Translations under genes and position numbers: made by a program
Assembly: GCA_051294905.1 (NCBI GenBank)
Contig: CM119371.1
Location: 27,902,001 to 27,966,000 of the forward strand
Reading direction: 5' to 3'
Source of the DNA: Botryllus schlosseri
Taxonomy: Eukaryota
Length of the DNA stretch: 64,000 nt
Shown: one piece after another, positions 49,827-60,851 of the stretch
How positions within the stretch are numbered: position 1 is the stretch's first letter
Layout: the number at the start of each line of letters is the position of its first letter
The notes under the pieces: generated by a model
Told to the model about the DNA's origin: nothing
The model's database searches: none
The model's input: the letters and a program-made list of their open reading frames with translations, nothing else

Positions 49827-50696
49827 ATGAGCTTGTTTGGAGAATATTTGTCGGCTGTGCTGTCACTGGTGAACTTTGTGACGGATATCTGCTCGGTTTG
49901 GATATACTGGATGCACACGGACGATAGTTTGGACGGTTTCTATGTAGCGCTTATCTCTACACTGATCTTATTTATAACTCCCATACCTATTACCATGGGT
50001 ATAGCGTGTACCTTCACCAGAAGATCCACTAAAGTGGAAAAAACTTTGCGCAAAGCAAAAACGCTCGAATTGACATTGACAGCTATACCTCAACTATGGA
50101 TCAGTTTATACGCTTTATCAGTTGGCGCAAATCTACTTTACGGGGAAAGAACACTGTTACTCGTGTCATCAGCTATGTCGTATTTATCAGTATGCGCGAT
50201 CTTACCGCGTGCCGATAACAGAATATTAAGTAAAACCTTTCAAAACGATTCCATGACCGACTTCGACCGTTTCGTGGTTAACGCCTCAAAATGTGCGATG
50301 TTTATGGCGCGAATTTTGTTGCTGGTTTACATGACCTCACAGATCGGATGGTATTATACGGCTTTGTTTTTTGGGACACATTGGATTTTGTTATCTGCTC
50401 TGTGTTTTTGTGCGATTTCGAGACATTATACCAATCCGTGTCGAAATGCTATTGACGCGATCGAATCAGGACTTTTGCATTTCTTCTCCTGGGTATGTCC
50501 AGTTAAGCGGTGTTGGTCTCATTTCTTTATAACGGCGTATTTTATTTTGGAACACGTTCTAGCGTGGATCTTGTTGCTGTGTTTGCCTAACAACCAATCT
50601 ACTTTTCTCATCGCCAATGTACTGGCATTTCATGTGTTGATGAATACTATCGCAAATTTTTTCATGGTTACGTATGTTATCAAGAAATGGCCGTGA
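49827..50696 (+). CDS. XK-related (Xkr family) multi-pass membrane protein, 289 aa, single coding exon
   Basis: Intact ORF with many hydrophobic helices and Xk-family landmarks in order: VTD in TM1, LE.TL.AIPQL, S..S..S, ARIL, THW, LEH. Confidence 0.8.
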   Translation: MSLFGEYLSAVLSLVNFVTDICSVWIYWMHTDDSLDGFYVALISTLILFITPIPITMGIACTFTRRSTKVEKTLRKAKTLELTLTAIPQLWISLYALSVGANLLYGERTLLLVSSAMSYLSVCAILPRADNRILSKTFQNDSMTDFDRFVVNASKCAMFMARILLLVYMTSQIGWYYTALFFGTHWILLSALCFCAISRHYTNPCRNAIDAIESGLLHFFSWVCPVKRCWSHFFITAYFILEHVLAWILLLCLPNNQSTFLIANVLAFHVLMNTIANFFMVTYVIKKWP

Positions 50697-51945
50697 GTTC
50701 GGATATAACATATCCTGCAGCAATGAAGGGTTTACAATTACGCGGTAAGTAATATATAGCCAATTAGTGCATGGAGTCTCGTAGTATTGCGCATAGCGAA
50801 TATTTGCGCTGTGCGTCAACTTAAACACCCGTTTCATTTAATTTCGTAAACAGCTTTTTCATTTCGATGTATTCAAGGTGATTTATTTATTTTCATTGCA
50901 AATCTTAGTCTCTAGTAGGCTATTTGTTGTTACCGAATGCGTTAGAAAAATTCAAAAGGGCCAAAGTCGACTGTTACCAGACTGTTATTTCATGTCATGT
51001 GACGTACGAAAGCAATTACTTTAGTATGGACAAGACATTGTGAAAGAGAGGAGTATTCTTCACGGAGTGTGTGGCTGTCATACATAGGACAACTACAGCA
51101 TACTCAATGTATATCCATTTTTGTGAATATTGGTTGTAATCACAGCTAAAAGAAAACGTTAGATTCGGTGCGTGCTTCTTCATCATTCGTATCTCCTACT
51201 GTGTGACACAGTCACAGTTGCCAACGAACATTATAACGAATATTATAGCGCAATGCAACATTGTTCCTAATGACATCGTGCCATTTGAAAAATATGACCT
51301 ACATTGCCCCAATGCTCGCATCAGAATCAAAATCAATTCAGAATTATTATTCATCAAAAGTTTCGTGGAATAAACGCGAACTGCGATACAATCAAACATG
51401 AAGAATACGTCGTAACAGCTTCTTTAATACACTCGATCAACTCTTACCTCGGCCTGCATGCTCGATTGGGCTGGAAATTATCGCAGAAATTAGGAAATTG
51501 CACATGATCTGTGCAGTATATGTGAGGCACGAGAGGTCGGAATAACTGGACGATTTACGCCTCTCATTCAAACCACGTAAAACGCACAAGTTTATCCCAC
51601 ACGATAATCTCATAATCGGGGTGTTAAATTTGATTTTAAATAATTATACGTATTACAATATAGGATTCTCAAAGCCCCTCGTAAATCACACAGGATGGGG
51701 TTTTGGCCTTGGATGAATTCGCAATACAAATAAGATCGTTTTAATATTATATTCATGACAGAAATATATGAAAACCCGAAGCTTTTCGAGCGGCAATCGT
51801 CAGCGAATGGAGAATTTCAAAAGCATATTTCTGTCATGAATATATTATTAAAATATATATTATAGTTCTGTACCCCAAAGAGTCTCTTCAAAAATAATCG
51901 ATTAACACGCGAGATCTTCATATTTTGACATATGGCCGACTACAC

Positions 51946-53518
51946 CAAGGGTCGGCAACCTACGGCCCGCGGGCCGGATCCGGCCCGCCAAGCGAAATCG
52001 TCCGGCCCGCGACGAAATAATTAGTTATCATAAGAATACGGCCCGCCGTTTCGTAATGAGTTCCAATCTGCAGTGCAGCACTACTTGGAAAGAATGCGGT
52101 ATTGCTCCGATATAAAGTATCCTACGTCGTAGTGGTCTATTGTTACGCCATAAAACTGGTGCGAAGGCGGTCGACTAGTAGCCTATCTCGTACTAAAAGT
52201 AGGAGATGGAGAATGTCTGTAGAGTAGACTAGATCAGTACTTACCAAGCGGGTGTATCGCGCAACCGAAGGTGCGACAATAAAGGTGCCGTTCCTCTGCT
52301 CAGACGCAATGACAAAATCTCAAACTTTCTCTGTTTCATCATAGATAACTAGCCTCCGTATTTTAGTCATCTGTAGTTTAATTCACAAGAAGACATTTTT
52401 CGCCAAGACAACAAACCTGAATAGTGTTTTGGACACAATGGTGAAAGCTGATTTTGTCTCACAAACTGAATCACCGACAGTTAGCCTACCTCAGATATTA
52501 CTAGAAGCAGAGCATCAATATGGCGATGTCTTGTATATGTTCGCGCATTAAGTCGAGAAGCTATGCTTGCACAAGTGTAGCCTATGAACTGAGAAATGAA
52601 ATAGCAAGTTCCCTTGAAAATACAAACATCGCCGACTCATAATCTTGTCATCGAAAATGGGTATCTAATCTTGCTTTCGTAGTACAATTAACGTCACATC
52701 AAAACAAATTGAATTTGCAACTTCAGGAGGAAACAGCTAAATACATGAGATGTTGAGACGCATTCGAAACAAAACTGTGACTCTGGGAAAGTCAGCATTA
52801 CAAAGAAAATTAAATGCTCACTTTCCTAAACTGGAGGAGAGTAGGCCTAAACCCAGTACCAGCACTAAACATTTGTAATTGTGATATACGAAATTTTATT
52901 TCTGAATTTCCACCCGCTTTTCCGACATTAGTTCTGTAAAAAATAAATTCTGACTACTCAGTACTCCGTTTAATGTGGACGCCAATACCATTGCCACAAA
53001 ATTCCAAATGGGTCCATTTGAATTGCGATGCAGTTGAATTGAATGACAAATTACATACAAAGAGCATATCGCCGAATGACTTTGACAAAGAGTACGTTCT
53101 TGAAATGGGTCTTCATCCTAGCTTGACCAACAATGCAAAAGAAATGGCATCGACTTCTGGTAGCACGTACGCATGTGAACAATAGTTTTCAACAATAAAA
53201 TTCACGAAGAGCAAGCTCAGATCACGTATTCCAACGCCCATTTAGAATATGGTCTGATTCTTGATTCATCTGACTCGTTACCAGAAGTTGAAAACCTTTC
53301 ACAAAGCAAGCTGCGCCAAGTGTCACATTTATCCTGCGTTGTTGAAGTTTAAATACATGTGTTTTGCTCTTTTTGTGATTTGTATGACTGAGATTGCAAC
53401 ATTGTAGGGTAATATACCGACGTGAGCGTTAATTATAGTTTTAAGAAAAGTTCCGGCCCGCCAAAATGCTGTGCACTCGAAATGTGGCCCGTGACTAGTA
53501 AAAGGTTGCCGACCCCTG
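51946..53518 (+). mobile_element. Degraded Buster/SPIN (GTF2IRD2-like) hAT transposon
   Basis: caagggtcggcaacct / aggttgccgacccctg; exact TSD gactacac; relic peptides LNHRQ, QYGDVLY, FPKL, GSTYACEQ*FSTIKFTKSKLRSR. Confidence 0.92.
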
Positions 53519-53660
53519 GACTACACAATGCACACGATAAGTTGCCAACCCTTGGCCTACGGATATATCGAAAAATTGGACAAGCAATAAAAATCAAGAT
53601 ACCTATTTCAATACGAGGCACAATGGAAGTTAAAGTGTCAGCCAAAACATATACTAGCAT

Positions 53661-53926
53661 TTGAATAGCTTCTTGGAGGTATAGAACTTCAAGATAACAA
53701 TTATTAGCATATTCATATTGAAATGAACCCGAATATTTTAGGCTGACACTCGTCAGGGGTAATCGTCAGCAACTAGTAGAGATCTGGAAAGAACATTGTA
53801 TTGTACGATTGTTGATATACAATGTTCTCTCCAATTCTCTACTAGTTGCTGACGATTGCCCCTGATGAGTGTCAGCCGGAAATATTCGGGCTCATTTCAA
53901 TATGATTATACTATTTAATTGTATAT
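53661..53926. repeat. Long palindromic (foldback) element, best-preserved copy
   Basis: ~53697-53801 is reverse-complementary to ~53816-53923 with few mismatches. Half copies at ~16621-16725 and ~54765-54935. Confidence 0.88.
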
Positions 53927-56900
53927 ATTAGCTAGAATGTATTGCAGTTTCATACTCTTCTTTCTCCTTTCTGCGGATGATGTCATATATGAAGTGGCGG
54001 AAGAGCATTGTTTCAAGTCTATTGTTATAGCGTTGCTCCATTCGTTGCCTACAAACCCAGTATAAAAGTACGGTAATGTGACCGTGCCTGTAATAATGTA
54101 TTGCGTTGTAGTCTACGATTTTCACGGCGTCATGTTTTCATCACTGGCCGCGTGATGTGATTGTGATACTATCGTCTGTTCCAGGCAAGTCACGTTGCAG
54201 ACCACCTGATCTGCGAAGGTATGGGCGAGGCGTGACTTATTACTATGCGAATCGCATAAACCCAACATCAAATTCGGGCAGCATGTCTAATGTCACCTCT
54301 AAACATCAACACTTGATCTAAGCAAATCTGTTTGGCGTCGACATCAGACGCTGTTCACGAATCAATCTCGTCTAAACATCATTGGAATATTGCCAGATCG
54401 CATATTATGTACTTCTTGGAATGTTTCCGTGCGGGACGTTCCGATTTTGGATTGGGTAGAATCGCATGTGTGTTTGGTTTGTAAATAGCATCGCATAATT
54501 TGCGTAATATGTATAAGTCTGACGTATTGTAACTCAATGTGTGAACTCACCCCACTTGATTTCGACGATGTTGTCAGTAATACTTAGTAGAAAAGTCACC
54601 ATTTCTGATTGAGCTAACTACTTCGTTACAGCTTAATATTAACTTACTTTAATTGGCGTAAATATTTGTTATGCTCCGTACAGTATACACATTTTTTGTG
54701 GTCTTGTAGTTTTCGTTAGCATTTTACTCTTAGCAGCAATATCCCAATCCATGCTATATATACATTGTATATAATGCCGATGACGTCATTGTTGGTCATA
54801 CGATTGTTGATTTACAATGTTCTTTCCAATTCTCTACTGGTGTTTGACGATTACCCGAAACCTTCGGATTTGTTTCAATATGAATATATTATTCAGTTAC
54901 ATATTGAATTTCTGTACCTCCAAGAAACTCTTCAAGTTGATATCACTTCGCCTAGCGCTGCACGAAATATGCGGTGTCTAGCCAATATATTCGTGTCTAT
55001 CAGTCACACGCGGCATTCATAACATGCGTCAATCCCGTTAACAGCAATGAAACGCCTACTTGCGATGCGAAAAGATGTCTTCAAATACAATATTGTTGTG
55101 TCATGACTAGCGTCTGCTGGTAATATTTCCTGGTTCAAACATACGGGATATCTCACTTCGAGTACAGTGAGATTGCCGCATCCCGCCGCTTTGAAATCGA
55201 ATGACAGATTCCTCTCAAATAGGTAATAAACCCGGATAATTGAGGTATCTAAAAAAACGATAGCGTTGCAGTAAAAGGAACATGCTGTGGCTTAAAGTCT
55301 CTTTGTCGAAAGACTCTGTACCGTGTTCAGTTCTATGCTAACATGAGAGATAGCTAATGGTCGAGGATTGACGATCCAGTAACCGCTTGCCAAGAATTAA
55401 GATCAGTTCAACGCCCGCAATTGATATCAACAGGTATAAATACCCACCACCACTAGCTTTAGTAACGCCGAAGTGTACGGGAACGGGTATTGTTACGTTA
55501 ATTTCTTGATCAATCTGTTTGAGTGAGGTCGATGTGAATAGAAATCGGTAATTTGGTAAAGCAAGTAACAAGTCGACCGAAATTCTGGCTGCATATGCCA
55601 CATGATATCACCGCTGAATCACAGTTCTCAAATGGAACCAACAAGTCTTGCCTTCCGTGTTATAAAGTTAGAATCTAGCTATCTCTACTGAAAGGATAGT
55701 AGCCTATGTTTACCAAAGTCGTTGTATTTACGCCGTAGCGTAACCATGACTTTAGAACGCGCACCAGGGAAATACCTCAAGTATAGTTGATAGGGAGGAT
55801 AAAAGATGACATAATCTATAGAAGTGCTTAGGCAGACCCACTGTATTTCTCATGGTTGTTATTGTAAAATCATAACTATGGCTGGCTTATAGCAGGTGGT
55901 TCGAGGTGCAGTAAGACGTTGTGGAGTTGCGTCATTGGATGTAGTCAGATTACTTAGAACAGGTCATGTGTTATCGTAATAGTGAAGAAAGTCGGTACCT
56001 TGACTCATGCGTGACTCTATATTGAATACGATCAATCTAACGGGGGAATATTCAAATTCAGGTATCTTGCTCAAGCTATGGGTATGAACACTTGAGATTG
56101 AACGATGAAGACGCTTTCATCATTACCATCATTTTTATTATTGTCATATTTTTCGGTTCACGATACTTCACGCCTTACAATACAGTTAATAGAAAGGAAA
56201 GAGCAGAAACGACTTTGCGAAGCTAATCATTCAAACTCCCACCTTAGCCTACAAATATAGTTAGCAAGCGGACAACAAACGTGATAAAGGAAGCATACAC
56301 TCCACAGTTTAGTGTTATTGATAAATATCATTCATATTTCCAAGCCAACAATGAAGCGGCAGTTCATTGAACAGGGTACAGGCGACGTCGTTGTGTCAAA
56401 ATCGATTCGACAATCTCAATACGCACCCTAGTATTAATCTAATAAAATGGGCATGATTTTAAGGTGGTCATGGTCATTGGTCAATGGTCATGCTTTAGAA
56501 AGATCTGCTATCGAACCGAAAGCGGTACCATGGTGAGTACGCAAGAGTTTGTATCTATGTGCGTTAAATTACAGAGTCGTTATGTGGTGAAATTCAGCAG
56601 GATAGATACATCAATTAAAAAACACGCATCAAATGGCAATTTCTAGCTACCTCGATTCTCCTTTATTCAAGACTCGATTTGATCGTAAAGAAACTCACAA
56701 AACTAACTTACGTTATATTGGTCGTATAACTGAATTCAATATATTTATTTACCGGTGATATAGTCACTTTCGTGGACTCGCGTTTGTGCGTTTGGTTGCT
56801 ACTACTGCGCCGACATTGAGTTTGTCTGAGAATAGCTGGCGCTTTCGCGTGTGTTAGCACTCAGCAGGCGAACGCATTAGATCGTCATGCTATTCACTTG

Positions 56901-57134
56901 CATTTTTCTCTACTCAGTTTATTGTGTATTATGAACTTGGGGTGTGTAAACGTCGTTCGATAAGGGGTATTCTTCAGGGAATCTGCTGTAGACTATACAC
57001 AAGCGATATGTACCGTACGCACGCCGTATCGTAAACATACCGATTGGATTGCTTTAAGCGTGAGCTTGAGCATCGTGTAATAAGTGTATGACAGACCCAA
57101 TTTATATCAAACAGTGCAGGTAGCCTAGATCAGT

Positions 57135-57444
57135 GAGGTTACCATATTTTGGAATCGAGAAAATTGGACACTTTTACCAAATCAGGAAAGTTAGTTGATC
57201 AAAACTGAAATTAGCCGATTTCGCTTTTTTGCAGTAAAATTTGGTGGGTTGACTAAAAAAAGTCGATGCTTACGATCACACCATGAATTTCCTATTTAAC
57301 GACATTTATGCCCATTTTCACTCGAACACTGTCTTAGCTGTAAAAGGTGTAAAGGATGACGAATTGCCAAAAAGGAGGACATTTAGGCGTCCTCAGAGGA
57401 CATTATCAAAAATCTGAAAAAAACGAGGGCGTATGGTAACTCGA
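57135..57444. mobile_element. MITE (GGTTACCATA TIR) about 200 bp upstream of the BTB gene
   Basis: gaggttaccata / tatggtaactcga; flanks agatcagt / agataagt; homologous to 4586..5039. Confidence 0.65.
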
Positions 57445-57660
57445 AGATAAGTGGCCCTTGATTATGGAGAAATGGCTATCGCTTCTGCCTGGACAATAAC
57501 TGGACATTAGACAGTTCGAGAATCGAATATCTGCAGGCGATAATGTGTTGATTATGGGTTACAAGGTCAATTTGATTTTGATGCTATTTGGTGGTAAAAA
57601 CATGACAAGTTTCGTTCAGATATTACTACCTACAAGTTTCCTTAACAGTGCGAACTGACA

Positions 57661-59292
57661 ATGTCCGGGAAGGAGTCTGTCCCCGAGCTGCAAATTTCGC
57701 AAACAATAACAAAGCACCTTCAGAAGTCACGTTTCAGTGGGAAATATGCAGATTTCAAAATCTTAGTCGGCAGCAAAGTGTTCCCAACTCACCGCTTTAT
57801 TCTCGGGAACAAATCGACGTATTTTCGTGACTTGATTCATAATAACACGAATAAAGATACCCCAGAATTGTGCGATCATTCGGAATACTCAGCAGACGCT
57901 GTCGGCGTATGCTTGGAATATATTTACACAGATCGGCTCGAGTTCGAGTCTCACAACGCGCCGGCTGTTTTGCGCGTGGCGCATCACTGGAATTTGCGTT
58001 ATGTTGTCACAAAGTGCGAGCGATTGCTGAAGACTAGCATTACATCATCAAACTGTATCAAAACAAGGGCGCTGGCTACGAAACTGGGCCTTGCGGAGCT
58101 CGGGGAGTGCGCTAACATGGCTATTCTCGGGAATTTTGAAATGGTGACTAAAGCTAAAGATCTAATAATTTTATCAGTTGATGATATGAAGTCCATTAAA
58201 GACACTGCTATGGAAAAAGCATCAGTCCGCATTAAAGACTTATGGGCTCTATTTTACACATGGCACAAACGACAAAACAAGGCTGGACCTCACATCTTAT
58301 GCGAATGCTTGCATATATTCCCGTTCGACCAGTTTACAGTAACCGGTTTCAAAGAGCAGATATGGAAAAACGAACACGTGTCGAACTGTGAAAAGTGTCA
58401 GGAAGTCGCGGTACGCGCGTTACTGAGTACATTTGACGAACCACGTAAAGACGACGACATTTTATTCCTTAAAAAGCTCGCGAAGAAATACGATTTCAGT
58501 ACGCTGAACGAAATTACGCGCAGACACATTGTAGAGAATCATTTGTTTATATTCACAAATCACGACATGGAAGAGCTCGATAACGATGATCTGATGGAGT
58601 GCATTAACGATATCGAGGACATGTGCACGCCCGGCGAGTTTACGGCGATCGTGAAATGGATGGTAAAATCAGAAAAGCGACAAGACATTTTCCCGCAAAT
58701 ATTTAAATTCGTGGAAGATCCTGCCTACGCGCCGCACAACGTGTTTCTGTCCAGTATTTGCGGATTCTTTGGTCTTTCCGAGCCCACTGCGGCAGAAGTA
58801 GCATCGTCTACTTCAAGTGAGCAATATTGGTGGCCGAAGTACTGCCTTTTCCTCAAAAAGCTAGCGGGAAAATACGATTGTAGCGTTACAGAGAAATTCG
58901 TGGATCAATGCATAGTCGGGGGTTTTGCCGAGGTCTGTGAAGACATCGGTTTTTTAGAACTAAGCGCTTCTGACTTGATAACTTATTTGTCGTCGAAGTC
59001 TACGTATAGCTGTCGCGAAAGCCAAATTTGGAGGGCGATCATGTGCTGGATTCGTCATCACGAGTCGAGACGAGAGTCGTTTCCAGCTATCTTCGATTCG
59101 CTGAAGCTAGAAGAATTTACGACCGGTTTCCTGAGATCGAACATATTAATTAACGCGTTAGTGATGGACTCCAAAGCCAGTGTTTTCTCCGTGATGAGGG
59201 AGATTCTGCGAAGATTAGAAATATTGGAAAGCGAACACGCGGAAACGAAGAAAAACCTTCACAGCAAAAGCAATCGGAAACACAAGAAATGA
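57661..59292 (+). CDS. BTB/POZ-BACK protein (kelch-like N-terminus, three BACK-like repeats, no Kelch repeats), 543 aa, single coding exon
   Basis: BTB: YADFKILVGSKVFPTHRFIL...STYF...LEYIYT. BACK-like units start at SNCIKT, ILFLKKLAKKYD and YCLFLKKLAGKYD (last has ESQIWRAIMCWIRH..R). Basic C-terminal tail. Confidence 0.92.
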   Translation: MSGKESVPELQISQTITKHLQKSRFSGKYADFKILVGSKVFPTHRFILGNKSTYFRDLIHNNTNKDTPELCDHSEYSADAVGVCLEYIYTDRLEFESHNAPAVLRVAHHWNLRYVVTKCERLLKTSITSSNCIKTRALATKLGLAELGECANMAILGNFEMVTKAKDLIILSVDDMKSIKDTAMEKASVRIKDLWALFYTWHKRQNKAGPHILCECLHIFPFDQFTVTGFKEQIWKNEHVSNCEKCQEVAVRALLSTFDEPRKDDDILFLKKLAKKYDFSTLNEITRRHIVENHLFIFTNHDMEELDNDDLMECINDIEDMCTPGEFTAIVKWMVKSEKRQDIFPQIFKFVEDPAYAPHNVFLSSICGFFGLSEPTAAEVASSTSSEQYWWPKYCLFLKKLAGKYDCSVTEKFVDQCIVGGFAEVCEDIGFLELSASDLITYLSSKSTYSCRESQIWRAIMCWIRHHESRRESFPAIFDSLKLEEFTTGFLRSNILINALVMDSKASVFSVMREILRRLEILESEHAETKKNLHSKSNRKHKK

Positions 59293-59451
59293 GCGACATA
59301 TATCTTTATCCCGGAACATATAGATCTGCTGTGCTCGCTGAAACGCGGACATGTTTACCTTGCAAGTTTTGCTGGAAGCATTATTGTTTTGTTAGGCTTA
59401 ACCTGGTGCTAACTAGAGAAAGGGTTCCCAACCTTTTTATATTGTCGTAAC

Positions 59452-60525
59452 CAGGGCCGTAACAGCACTTCGTCAGCCCCCAAAACGTTGGTCTTGGGCC
59501 CCCGCATGGAGATAAATCGAACTTCTGGGGGGTTTCGTTGGTTATACGCTGTTTACCGCTACTTGTCATCTGTCTTAAGCGTCGGTTTAGTGGGGCAGCT
59601 ATTCCCGTCTAGACGCGCTAGGCGCGAGACAATTCAAAATTCATGATTGAATCGGTCAATATGATCGGGAATTGGATATATATTGTTCTCAATTTTTATC
59701 CTCTCGCTGCAAACGTAATCAGATTTACCGGTAGAGCTGAATGAGGTGTGTTTGACAAGGTAGGACCCCTCAATATAATAATTAAATATCTTCGGGCCCG
59801 TACCCGTTTGCACGAACGAAACCGCACTTGGCCAGGCCCCCCAATAAAACTTGTGTCTTGGGCTCCCATAGGGTGATAAATCGACCCCCCCCCCATCACG
59901 TTGTTCGCTTTTGTTACGAAATAAGTGCCACAGCTGAGGGAGCCAGCGCGAAGCGCAAAGAATTTCGATAATTCACGATAAAATCGGTCAATAATATCGG
60001 GAATTGCATATATATTGCTATCAATTTCTTGTCCTCTCTGCTCACGTTATTAGATTTACCGGTAGAGCTGAATGAGGGGGCTTGGAAGCTGTAGGGCCCG
60101 TAAATAATAATTAAACATATTCGGGCGGGCAGAACCGTTGGTATGACTTCTTTTCAAAATGTCATTTCGTGATATCCTGTCTGTTATATCAAAAAATACA
60201 GAACCGCCCAAACGTACTAAACTAACGACGCACACGATTTCAAATTGGTATTTCTTCACTGGCATATAATTTTTTCCTGCTGAATGGCAAATTTCTTCTG
60301 AGGTCCAGATTGCCAAGACAGAAACATTCTGCGCCAGTCATTTAGGCGCCTATAGACAATTAAACCTATATGTATTTTGCATATATAACGAAGTATTCCG
60401 GTCCGCGTCAGGGCAGTCCTTTTTGGCCCAGGTTTTCTCGCTGCCGATCGTTCTGGCACACTTCTTGAAGTCGTATATGCTGCATGTCCTAAAACCTTAT
60501 ATGTCTCGCCGAGTAGTCCATTTCG
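59452..60525. mobile_element. 3'-truncated copy of the CAGGGCCGTAAC hAT family
   Basis: Collinear similarity with 42762..~44040; right TIR absent. Confidence 0.85.
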
Positions 60526-60845
60526 ATAAATCTTGCGTATTTTGTCTTGGGGAAGAGTGTCGTTTTAAACCAATGTTTCCGGATAGGCAGTAAACGTGTC
60601 CACATCTAGCCGCTTGCATATTTGCATAAATTTGTATACTTGTTGATCGCAGCACCGTGATTAGGCCTACTGGCCATTCTATCAGTAGAGACCACTTGTG
60701 ACGAGAAACTGCTTTACATTTTACTGACGTGTTCGAATGTTTCGGTAAATATACTTATATTTCAATGTTCCTTTAGTCCATATAATCCGTTTTTATATGC
60801 TCTCCAATTTTGTAAATATTTATATTGATTCGTATCTTTCATGTG

Positions 60846-60851
60846 AATAAA
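60846..60851 (+). promoter_or_regulatory. Candidate polyadenylation signal for the BTB gene
   Basis: AATAAA after a U-rich 3'UTR-like stretch beyond the TE insertion; an earlier AATAAA lies inside the TE (~59843). Confidence 0.3.
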
